From positions 213,776,001 through 213,840,000 of the forward strand of contig OZ024743.1 of assembly GCA_964016885.1 (NCBI GenBank): a stretch of 64,000 bases of DNA, in the 5' to 3' direction. The translations under genes were made by a program, and so were the position numbers. How positions within the stretch are numbered: position 1 is the stretch's first letter; each line of letters starts with the position of its first letter. A model generated the notes under the pieces. The model saw only the letters and a program-made list of their open reading frames with translations. It had not been told where the DNA came from and did not search any database. Below, one piece after another: positions 27,541-39,650 of this stretch. Origin of the DNA: Eledone cirrhosa. Its lineage: Eukaryota.

Positions 27541-27683
27541 CTACTCCAAATATTTGTCGAGTGCTTTATATCAGTTATAAAAATATTTGCTTGTTGTATC
27601 CCAACAATTTAAATAAAACTTTTCTATATATATATATATATATATGAAATATAAGAATCAAAGAACTGTTCAAAACATTTTTG

Positions 27684-27730
27684 TGCTTACAACTGTTTCC
27701 TCCAAACCGAGGTTTGGATTCTTCGGAGCA
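27684..27730 (-). ncRNA. Hammerhead in the inverted pLTR
   Basis: Reverse complement of 31221-31267. Confidence 0.72.
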
Positions 27731-28322
27731 ATTTATTAATGAATGGACAGTTATATGACCTCCCTTTCCACCCAAGAGACATACAGATACATATGCAAAT
27801 ATTGTGGGTCAACATTCATTACAGCATTTAGAGTGGCAGTATACACTTAGAGATTGCATTCATATTAAAAGGTACAGTCAAAAATCAAAAATACAGATTA
27901 AAATACAACATGAAAATAAGCGGTTATATAGTGCAAATGTTATATGTGTGGCAAGCACGTGCGTCTTGTTTATATAGTGTGGCAGAGAGTTACGTGTAGT
28001 AGAAGCACTTAGGTAGGTAAACAAGAGTGTTAGGTTGGTTGATCTGGTGGCAAATTCTTTATATGATTGTTATAGTCTGTGTGTGGAGAAATGATATAAG
28101 CATTAAAAATAGTGCAAGCATTAAAGATATTAAAAGTATTGGAAATGCACAGCGAAGGGATGATATGGACTTCATGCACTTCGACATTTTGATTGTCAGG
28201 GGAGTGTATTTTTCAGATTATATGCCCCTCACATAATCCACGACAATTCGATATTGAGCGTTTGACAATCCAGTTAGAGAATCGTAGTCTGATGTTCTTT
28301 AGTTCACAACTTCGACATAACC

Positions 28323-29819
28323 ATGGGATCTAGTGACTCGGCGCAGGTCACTGATTTGGTCGGCCTATACCTTCTTAATGAAATCCATAAGGACCTCCCT
28401 TACCTTAACGGTGGTTTGTACGGCGATGATACACTTCTACTTATAGAATATAAAAAATTTAATATAGAAAGAACTAGAAAACAATTGCACAAGACATTCA
28501 AAAACTTTAACCTTAGTATCACCATGGACAAAAACACTAAAAATGTTAACTTCCTAGACGCCACACTATACCTAGACTCAAAAATATATACACCTTTCCA
28601 TAAGCCTAACGAAAAACTAATTTACGTAGATACCAAGTCCAATCACCCTAGATCAATATTAAACTCTATCTCTAAGGGGGTATCCAGTAGAATCTCTAGT
28701 CTATCCTATGACGCAAACATATTTAGCAAAAACTCACAATATTACAATCAAGCATTAGCTAGATCCGGCCATAATATAGAAATTGACTTCCTACCTAAGA
28801 AAACACATAGCTACAACATCATCTCGCACAACATGTCCATGAGGAAACCTAATAATAGGAATAACAACCACAAGTACACCAAAGCAGAGGGTGCCACCGA
28901 AAGTAACCATTACCACGGAAACTACCGTAGTGCCTTAGGAAGAAACAACACACCAAACACTAAAAACAAAAATAGAAGAAGAAATAATACATTTTTCAAC
29001 CCTCCTTTCAACCTAAATGTCTCCACCAACATACCTAGGGCTTTCTTCTCACTACTAGATAAAAACTTCCCTCTAGGACACAGGTACCACAACCTTTTAA
29101 ACAAAAACACTATTAAAATCTCATACTCTACGACGCCTAACTTAGCATACCACATAGCTAGCAGCAATAAAAGTAAAATTAATTCTTACTTTCAACAAAT
29201 GAAATCACAACAGGATGCAAACCTTCTAAATACCTCTGTAGCTAACAACCATAGTAACGGCAGTAACAATAGAAATAACACTAGTATAAGAAATAACACC
29301 GGGGTTGACAACCCGAATGTCCAAAATCCTATAGCTACCACCCAGACTTCTGCACTGCATTATAACCAGCAGACTAACACACAGGATAGTTGTAACTGTA
29401 GAGCTAATAGAACCTGCTCTTTAGATAAAAAATGCCTAACCAAGGATATCATATACTCATGCACCGTCACAACTAGCAACTCTTCAGAAACCTATGTAGG
29501 CTCCACTTCTAACTGCTTCAAAATCAGATATAATTCGCACATCCACTCGTTCAAAAAGCATAGCCTGGCCAACTCCACCTCACTATCTAGCTACATACAC
29601 TATCTAAAAACTAAAAATAAACCATACACACTCAAATGGGAAGTGATAGGCAGCGCGACTTCGTACAAACCACCTAATAAATTGTGTAACCTCTGTATAC
29701 TAGAGACCCACAATATTATCTTCTCTAACCGTAACCTACTTAACAAAAAATCTGAAGTGTTTGCAACGTGCCAGCACCGCTTCAGACATTCCTTCCAAAA
29801 CTTTAAGCCCAATATATAG
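28323..29819 (+). CDS. 5'-truncated PLE RT (motifs B'-E, thumb) + linker + GIY-YIG endonuclease, 498 aa open
   Basis: MGSSDSAQVTDLVGLYLL, LYGDD, VNFLD, YVDTKSNHP, CNCRANRTC (CxCx5C), IIYSC..YVGST, FKIRYNSH, CNLC, LLNKKSE..CQH. Confidence 0.92.
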   Translation: MGSSDSAQVTDLVGLYLLNEIHKDLPYLNGGLYGDDTLLLIEYKKFNIERTRKQLHKTFKNFNLSITMDKNTKNVNFLDATLYLDSKIYTPFHKPNEKLIYVDTKSNHPRSILNSISKGVSSRISSLSYDANIFSKNSQYYNQALARSGHNIEIDFLPKKTHSYNIISHNMSMRKPNNRNNNHKYTKAEGATESNHYHGNYRSALGRNNTPNTKNKNRRRNNTFFNPPFNLNVSTNIPRAFFSLLDKNFPLGHRYHNLLNKNTIKISYSTTPNLAYHIASSNKSKINSYFQQMKSQQDANLLNTSVANNHSNGSNNRNNTSIRNNTGVDNPNVQNPIATTQTSALHYNQQTNTQDSCNCRANRTCSLDKKCLTKDIIYSCTVTTSNSSETYVGSTSNCFKIRYNSHIHSFKKHSLANSTSLSSYIHYLKTKNKPYTLKWEVIGSATSYKPPNKLCNLCILETHNIIFSNRNLLNKKSEVFATCQHRFRHSFQNFKPNI

Positions 29820-31220
29820 CAATGTCGAACTTGAACCAGACACCACCTCTAGCATCAAACACCAGGGGCACACCTTATACCACATACCCAACACTAACTG
29901 AATACCCATTTATACCTCTACGTTAGGTGTGACAACATCCACCCACTTGAACTGCACTACACCGCTCTATAGGTAATTTAAGCATGAATTGATAGGCTTG
30001 GTAGTGTTGTGCGGAGGAAGTGCCTTCCTTGGACAGATGAAAAACGACTTAATCTAGTAACGCTGTTGAGCAGTAGGACCAGGACGCTGAGCGCAGAGAA
30101 TGATTGTATTGCAACTGACGTGCGGGTTGTACATATATGGATGATTTGATGGTCAGAGTGGGGTCATGAAGACTGCGGATTGACCTCTGGTCGGCCCTGG
30201 TGATGATTATCTTTCGACATCCAATGTAGCAAGCGATGACCCAGAACGTACCAGAGTTCATTGTGTGTTGAAGTGATTCTGCAATCACCGCGCCTGGTCC
30301 TATGAGTAGACTACAACCACAGAGATTATTAATTTAGAATCCTCGCTCGTCATCTATAATATTCAATTGTGGCACACTACGATGGGGGTTAATTCACCAT
30401 AATAATTCGAACACCTTCAGCACAACTTAATAGACTACTCTATAGTTAAAACACTTTATGCTTTAGAAATTTTTTGGAAGTTGCGCATAACCATAGAAAT
30501 TAGGGTCTATTTTGAGACACATTTCAATAGCTAGTAATAGAAACCTCGGAGTTACCTCCCCTCATGCATTAACTCCCCTTAGCCACACACACACTTCCGG
30601 GTAGTATTCAATGTCGATTCTCGAAACGTAACAGCCTCCTGTATTGAACTAAAGAACATCAGACTACGATTCTCTAACTGGATTATCAAACGCTCAATAT
30701 CGAATTGTCGTGGATTATGTGAGGGGCATATAATCTGAAAAATACACTCCCCTGACTATGAAAATGTCGAAGTGCATGAAGTCCATATCATCCCTTCGCT
30801 GTGCATTTCCAATACTTTTAATATCTTTAATGCTTGCACTATTTTTAATGCTTATATCATTTCTCCACACACAGACTATAACAATCATATAAAGAATTTG
30901 CCACCAGATCAACCAACCTAACACTCTTGTTTACATACCTAAGTGCTTCTACTACACGTAACTCTCAGCCACACTATATAAACAAGACGCACGTGCTTGC
31001 CACACATATAACATTTGCACTATATAACCGCTTATTTTCATGTTGCATTTTAACCTGTATTTTTGATTTTTGACTGTACCTTTTAATATGAATGTAATCT
31101 CTAAGTGTGTACTGCCACTCTAAATGCTGTATCGAATGTTGACCCACAATATTTGCATATGTATCTGTATGTCTCTTGGGTGGAAAGGGAGGTCATATAA
31201 CTGTCCATTCATTAATAAAT

Positions 31221-31267
31221 TGCTCCGAAGAATCCAAACCTCGGTTTGGAGGAAACAGTTGTAAGCA
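31221..31267 (+). ncRNA. Hammerhead ribozyme in the PLE pLTR (CCGAAGA core)
   Basis: TGCT-CCGAAGA-ATCCAAACCTCGGTTTGGAG-GAAA-CAGTTG-TA-AGCA. Confidence 0.75.
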
Positions 31268-31468
31268 CAAAAATGTTTTGAACAGTTCTTTGATTCTTAT
31301 ATTTCATATAACTGCTCTGTAAATCATCTGATGGTTTTACATTGAGCTACTTAACTTACTGGTAATAAGGTAGTAATATATTACTGCCTACCACTATTTA
31401 GGGTTTGTATAAAATAATATAACTACAAAAGGTTTTTGTATTTACATAACCATAAATAGTATAATTAA

Positions 31469-31554
<86 letters not shown>

Positions 31555-31556
<2 letters not shown>

Positions 31557-32045
31557 CATATAACTGTGTGTCTACTCTGGGATTTTACATAATATTACCT
31601 ATTGAGTACGCTGAGATGCAGCTGGTACTACCAGTGAAACCCATGCAAGTCCTGTGAGCTTATTATTATTTTCTCCCAACTATCAGATTAACAACGAGTG
31701 TAAGTTGAACAATGTTCCATATTTTTTCTTATGTTTTGTTTAATACGCGCTCTAATACCCGTTCTATCTTCCTCTCTCACTCACCTAATGAATCATACAA
31801 GTTGTGAAATGACCGGTTTACGCACGTAGTTGATATAATATCTATAATACGAATTCTAACCAGTGTTCTAACTCTACATCCTTATCTAATCACTTGTTGA
31901 CATTTAATGTCCGGAAATGTATTAGACACTACCATTGTTACTGTCGCACCATTTCTCGCAATGCTACTTGGAGACTGGAACCGAACGCTACCGTTTTATA
32001 GTACAGCGATTGGAGACTGATTTTCTCTAATAACTGATTTTACTC

Positions 32046-32050
<5 letters not shown>
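31555..32050 (+). repeat. (TA)n-flanked repeat related to 45340-45670
   Basis: Shared TACTCTGGG..TTTTACAT..TACCTATTGAGTAC.CTGAG blocks. Confidence 0.7.
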
Positions 32051-32113
<63 letters not shown>

Positions 32114-32185
32114 AGGAAATGTGGTAAGGAACCAGATGGACCATAACGCACCAAAGTACTCAATACTTAGGGTAGTAGAGTGCGT

Positions 32186-32260
<75 letters not shown>

Positions 32261-32589
32261 AGATAGAGATATACATACCTATATATATATATACAGTATA
32301 TATATATAGTGAGTAGGTTTCAGTTAATGCATTTTGTGTAAGTAAATAATATTCTTAAGTTTTGAGATAAGTTAAATTTGTGTTACAGACAAAGTTAACG
32401 TGACGACAGGTGTCTGCATTTGGAATCTAAGTATTTCTTTTACATGTAGAACACTCTCACGGGAAATATTATCTGCGTAACATAATTATTCTGTTCCTAA
32501 TATATTGTAATGCTCTTTTTTGTACATTACTCCAGGCAGTATGAGACAATAAATTTTGAAACTTACACTATATATATTTATATATAATA

Positions 32590-32785
32590 GTAATAATTGT
32601 TTCTACTTTTGGCTCAAGGCCAGCAATTATCCAAGTGCATTACTGGTACTTTATTTTATCTACCCCATAAAGATGAAAGGCAAAGTTAACCTCGGTGGGA
32701 TTTGAACTCAGAACGTAAAGTGCCGTAACTCTATGCTGCAAAACATGGCATCCAACCATCTACCGATTCTACCAATTCACCGCCT
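32590..32785 (-). mobile_element. SINE copy
   Basis: Matches the SINE consensus. Confidence 0.88.
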
Positions 32786-33153
32786 TTATATATATATAAT
32801 AGTAATAATAATAGTGGGAATAAATCGAAGTTGTAGTCGCAGTATACTGTACACCAATCGAGTTGTTTGAGGCAGTCACAAAATGACTTAATGATGTGCA
32901 GAATTAATGTTTTCACACAGAGTAAAAACAAGACGTTAGTAAAGTGTGACACCAAGAATAAAGGAACCAAAAGCAAGTTGTCATAATAATACAACATCGA
33001 TATATATAAACAGCTAGAACCCTAACCTAGTGTATCTCGAAAGGACAGGAATCGATGAAAATCGATAAGAATCTTCGATAGGTTTCTGGGAAACCGGGTG
33101 GATACATCACCGGTTGCATAAAGTATATGATAGACATAGATGCATCTATTGCG

Positions 33154-33204
33154 TCTTGTTACTCTTGAATTTCACCTGTTTATACAAAGGGTCATCAGAC
33201 AAGA
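33154..33204 (-). ncRNA. Type-I hammerhead ribozyme
   Basis: TCTTGT-CTGATGA-CCCT..AGGT-GAAA-TTCaaGAG-TA-ACAAGA. Confidence 0.8.
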
Positions 33205-34749
33205 ACTGTCGTTTCAATAGCAGACTCAGTATAAAGAAAGGAACATTTGAGGTGGTGGTGGTGGGTTTACTTGAGGAGGCGTAATGAAGGTAGGGTGGAC
33301 ATGGTGATGGTGGAAGTGAGGGAGGAGGATAGAACTGTGTAAAAAATAAGACGATAAGGTTTGGTAATGGACATAGTCTTAGAATTTTATCTTCGCAGTG
33401 GGAGGCTGGTGATGAATGTGAAGCTGGTTGTATAGGAGGCCAGTGAAAACAAGTATACATGCACACAAAGTACACATACGCCGGTGCGTACATATATGTA
33501 AATAAATATATATGTATACACACAAACACACCTTCACATATAACAGATATGCAAGGTAATATATAAAAAATATTGAAAAGTTAAAAAGTTAAAAATATAT
33601 ATATACATACATACGTAGACAAGATACACAGATGTAAACATAAACATATACATACATACATGCATACATGCATACATACATACATACATTCACACATACA
33701 TACATTGATGATGGCTGCAAACTCTGCTAAGATTACTGCAATCGCTTGTCAGATTATAGAGTTTGGTGCACGTTTAGACAAAGTTTGGTGCACGTTTAGC
33801 CAGTCACACAAACCTGTAACATATCCTGAACAAGCAATGCCTGTGCTTTGAATTTTTTCAGCGTTTCCCTCTCCTAGAAAGGTGTTGTGTGTGCAACTGG
33901 GGGCCTTTGACTCCCAGGTGGAAAAAAAAAGTACTATTTGGAAGGCCGTTGACTCTGTTGAGTTCCTCCGCCCATTGCTTGGGTTTGTATTTCATCCCCC
34001 AGGATGTCCAAATATCACCCTCTTCACCAAACAAGAATGGTGGGGTTGCCGGTTTAGTCGCCGACGACCCGACCATAAGACAGGTTGTACTGGGTTACAT
34101 ATTGCCAGTAGCACTCAAGAGCGACCTGACATACATATATATATATATATATATGCACATGCGCTCTTATATATACACACACACACATATATATGGACGC
34201 ACATATACACATATAAACATGCGTACATATATACACAATTCTGTCTGCTGTATACTTTCAGCGAGTCAAAAAAGATTCTCATCTGGTGATCCTGTAAGGT
34301 AATTAACTCTAATTTTAATCATAATTTATTTCCCATTAGCTAATATTCGCTATAGTCTACACAAATCTATATTTAAATAGAAGACACGTAGCATACGTTT
34401 CGAGAACCTTCCTCCTTTGTGAACATATTCTTTGACTGACATTAGATAGTTGCATAATAAAGAAGATTGTTCTCTTTAGAAGTGTGTCTACTAAACAGAA
34501 AGTTATTATTGAGACGTGTTACATGCTGTTACTGTTGTCATATTTACTAATTACATTCATCCTGTGTTACAGCTAATTATTTTGCTAATTACTTTCTATA
34601 CAGTTTTACACAGTGTGTTTTCTTTTTGTTAATATTAGATACACATATTGAACAGGATTTTTATTTTGTTTATTTTCTTTATTATTTTATATTTAGAATT
34701 CTATTTCTCTCGTCTTTCGTATTTAAATTAGTATCGAACTCTTCTTTTT

Positions 34750-34803
34750 CTCCTCCCCCTCCTCCTCCTCCCCCTCCCTCATCTAATCAGCGTCATCATT
34801 ATT

Positions 34804-34834
<31 letters not shown>

Positions 34835-35255
34835 GTGGTGGTGGTCATGTTGTTGTTGTTGCTGACGTCGTTAGAACGGCAATTTCACTGTTTTGTGTTG
34901 ATATATTTGTTGAAAACATATATAATTATTTACTTTACTGAACTTACTGCAGTTTGTTAATTTCTGTGAATCTTAATTTTGTCTCTTGTCAAAACAGGGT
35001 TTCGTGAAATTTCAAAGAAATATTTACGTTGCTGTTATGCCACATTTGTTTTGTTCTTTGATGTGTGGCTCTTGTGTGTTGGTGGTGGTGATGGAGGTAG
35101 TGGTGGTGGTGATGGTGGTGGCGGTTGTTGTTGTGGTGGTGATGGTGGTGGTGGTGGTGATGGTCGTGGTGGTGATGGTGGTGATGGTGGTGGTGATGGT
35201 GGTGGTGGTGGTGGTGGTGATGGGGTGGTGGTGATGGTGGTGATGTATGGTGATA
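34750..35255. repeat. Trinucleotide microsatellites (CCT)n, (GTT)n, (GGT/GAT)n
   Basis: Direct reading. Confidence 0.95.
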
Positions 35256-36718
35256 ATTGTGTAAAAAAAATATTTGTTTAGAAAATTTACTTATATTTAG
35301 TACACGCTTATAAATTCCAATAAGATTGTCACAGACTGTTTATGTTTTTTGTATATGTATTTATGTATGCTTCACTTTCTTTTCTGCAGATGTGTTTTCT
35401 CAGAATGTTGCCTCTCTTTGTCTCTCTGTCTTAGTTTAACTGTTTTCCTGTCATTTGTGACAGTTGTTATTCGCTTACATTTTGTATTTTGTTGTGTAAT
35501 TTAATAATCTATGTTTATATACATTATTGATATATTCATTTGCTTAATGTTAGCGCCATAGCAAATACAATTTTGTTTTCATCTCAATTTTTCGTCTTCA
35601 GCTGCTGGGTTGTATTTTACAATATATATACAATTTATTTGCTGATATACTACTAGCTTGCTGGTTTCTGTATTACTATAATACCCAGGTCTATTCTCTA
35701 TCGGGGTATAATTACATTTATCCAAAACATAAACATTATTTTTCGATACTTCTCCGTTACAAATTAAAGCTATGTAAGGTAGGTCGAAATTTGGAATTTA
35801 GGATGCCATGATGCGGTACGTTATATTATCATATTTACGTTGTTTAGCGATATATATTGAAATTAGATCTACCCTTTAAGGTTACAAATGTCAACCCTAC
35901 TAGCCATAACATGAAATAACTGAAATGAAGGCAGTAGCAGCAGGGAAATTTAAGAATTATTGAGTGATAACAAATTATGTTCGAAACAGTGAATTCATCA
36001 AGGAAGTATATGTAATCCTTTTTTTTTATTTTTGGTGCATAAATGTGCATCATACATAATGATTTTTCTTTTAGCGTACGTTTCAAGAGGTATATCCACG
36101 TTTTGATTTGGATCCAATTAAATAAGTCATTTGTAATAAATATATCGGAACGAATAAATTCCTAAGTTTGAATGCATTTCTTCAAGGTATTCATACTTCA
36201 TAATAGTTTACACTCTTAATGATATTCCCCAAAGCAAATCGCGCATTAAGTGCATTGTGTTTACAAATGTGAATTACGCAGCTTCTGGCTGTGATTTTGT
36301 GATTGTTTACGAATTTGCATTAAGAATCCATTCTTTACACTTTCTTTACAATAATTCTAGGCTTTAAAATGAAGGCATTTCAGATAATAATCACAGCATC
36401 TCATGAAGTGTTTATTATTGCAGTTTAGTGTGTGAGTATTCCTAAGGTATGTCAGTGATCAAAATTGGCAGGCAAATGAAAATTTGTAGTTTAACCTTAA
36501 CATGCACAAATATAAACAGAAATAAAAAATGCTAAATAAATCTGATTCATAATTCGTAAAGTTTCTATTCAGTTCTATGATTAATTCCTGCCTATTAAAT
36601 CAACAGATTGAGATTATATATATATATAAATATAAATACACACAGACACGTACGCTTACGCGCACGCACCTACACACACACACACCCACACACAGACACA
36701 GACACACAAACACACACA

Positions 36719-36850
<132 letters not shown>

Positions 36851-36959
36851 CACTTTGATTAACCGTACGGGCAATATTTATTAGAATGCACAGCCTTTCC
36901 CAAAAATAAAATGATTTGCAGACATAATTCCATTGCATATAAACACCCAAAATAATTTG

Positions 36960-37092
36960 AACAATTGTTTTTACTTTTGGCACAAGGCCAGTACTTATCA
37001 CTGCACATTACTAGTGCTTTATTTCATCGACCCCTTAAGGATAAAAGGCAAAGTTAAGCTCTGTAGGATTTGAACTCAGAACGTAAATGGCC
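36960..37092 (-). mobile_element. Truncated, diverged SINE copy
   Basis: 3' half of the consensus. Confidence 0.8.
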
Positions 37093-37188
37093 AATCCATA
37101 ATGCATATAGAACAGAAGGTATTTTAATGCATCTTATTTTGCTGTTGAAGTGTTAATTTATTTTTTGGGGGACACTCTGTATATATAA

Positions 37189-37289
<101 letters not shown>

Positions 37290-37636
37290 TTTCTGCAATA
37301 GGAAATAGACAGTTACGTAATATAACCGTCGAGAATTCATTGCGTCATGAGGGAGTCTATTCTCAGCTAAGTCTCCAGGCAATGCGCGGACACTGGGGAC
37401 TCATATAAAAAGAATAATAATTCGGTAGATGGAACAGCTAGCGGGGACTGGATTCCATGCACTGAAAAGCTCGCTGTCTCTGGTCAAATGGCAGATTCTA
37501 AAGAATCAATCACGTGACGCCGAGGCTAGTCGGAAAGAGTGGGATGGTAAGATGACAGGAGCCTACTAACACACCAATAAATTAGTAGTGGTTTTGGCAG
37601 GTTTGCTCAACAAATAAATAATTTGGAGATAAATAT

Positions 37637-38079
<443 letters not shown>

Positions 38080-38119
38080 GATATTAAGCAAATGGAAACT
38101 ATATTTATAAAACCATATT

Positions 38120-38185
38120 TATTTCATTATACATATTTCAGGGATACCATATTAAAAATATGGCATGCCTTCTTCAGATAAAATA
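38120..38185 (-). ncRNA. Type-I hammerhead ribozyme
   Basis: TATTTTAT-CTGAAGA-AGG..CCT-GAAA-TATGTA-TA-ATGAAATA (8-bp stem I). Confidence 0.8.
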
Positions 38186-39532
38186 CAATATATAAGCAGT
38201 TTTATAAATAAATTTGACGTGCCATAAATATTGATCAACTTCCATTTGAGAAGTTGGTTTGGTAGTGAAATGTTTATAAATATTTAGTGTTAAGCACAGT
38301 TAGAAAGAAAGACGGAGAAAAGGAAGAAATGTATGTAAAGAAAAACAAAGAGAGATATAGAGAGATATGGAAGAGAGAAAAAGTGAAGAGGTGAAAAATG
38401 AGAGGCAGCTGAGGCAACAGATGAATAATAATAATTCATCATACAAATTGAGAGATTTAGGAGGGAGGGAGTACTGTAATTATTTATTTATTTATTTATT
38501 TAGTTATAGTGTTAAGGAGACGGAGAGAAATAAAAAATAAATAAAGAGAAAACAGAGAGGTAGAGAGAGAGAGAGGTGGGGGGAAAAAGAGGTAGACCGA
38601 ATAATAATAATTATACATGGGGAGGTGAGAGAAATAGGAGAGAGGTAAGAGAGAAAACAATAGAGAAGCTCTAGAGGTAAAGTTAAAGCAGCCGATACTT
38701 AAATTTCATCATGTATAGAGGGAGGAGAAGAAAGAGCTATATCCAGAGAGAAGGATGACAGATTTACAACTTTACGTTATGTATTATCAATTTGAATTAT
38801 CAATTCATATGAATTGGGTATTATAATGTAAATATCAATATTCATGAATGAGACATAGATATATAATGTGTGAAAAATAATGACAATATGTTTAGTTTAA
38901 AAATTCTTAGGTCGATATACCAAAAACTGAGATAAAACTTCAAAAAATACGGAAATACATAAGTATATATGTACTTTCCGGAAAAAGAAAGAAAGATAAA
39001 AATAGAAGGTCATCTCAAGTTCTAGTTGACACCATAGACATACACGTGAACTTACGTGATCGGCTCTGTAATTTCTTATTTCACATGAAAAAATGTTTCC
39101 CTTGCGTTATAAAAGATTTTACTATATATATATATACATACATACATATACATAAAAATATATATTAATATTAATATTCCTGCCCTCACATACATGATTA
39201 TCGTTCATATATAGAATATTATGCATATCTGTAACATATCCAGAACCATATCCACACATACATATATATATATATGCGTGCGCAACATACATGTACATGG
39301 ACAGATAGAATAAACAGATAAAATAGAATATAGTCTGTAATCATTCCATATTCATATTAGTACATATGGCCTATGCACAGAGGCAGATCTCACACAATGC
39401 AGCCTCGACAGAAGAATACTGCTTGATTATGGCAGACAATTGATACACCCAGGACACCATAGTGAAATACCAATATATGGAACACTTCATTATGTAACAT
39501 TCTTTCCTTATTTTAATTTATATTCCTTTGAA

Positions 39533-39650
39533 GTTCCGATGAGCCGCTCTATCTTTAATTATGTTAATTATTTTCAATGAACCAGATCAATAATGATATA
39601 TAGTCATTTGATCCAGAAATATTATATGGAGTAGCGAAACAATTGTAAAC
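39533..39650 (+). ncRNA. Hammerhead with ~90-nt stem II (CCGATGA core)
   Basis: GTT-CCGATGA-GCCGCTCTA..TGGAGTAGC-GAAA-CAATTG-TA-AAC. Confidence 0.65.

Larger units (their letters stand above)
27641..31471 (+). mobile_element. Penelope-like retroelement (C-terminal EN+, possibly Hydra clade) with 666-bp inverted pseudo-LTRs, inserted in (TA)n
   Basis: 27641-28306 is the reverse complement of 30645-31310 with few mismatches. Internal RT/GIY-YIG ORF; 160-bp tail; TA tracts on both sides. Confidence 0.93.

Noticed and set aside
28027-30924. Identical 69-aa ORFs on opposite strands (28027+, 30715-)
   Set aside because: A by-product of the inverted pLTRs, with no protein motif.
34250-34305. Possible micro-exon (TTTCAG..GTAAGG)
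   Set aside because: Splice-like signals alone, with no coding or neighbouring exon support.
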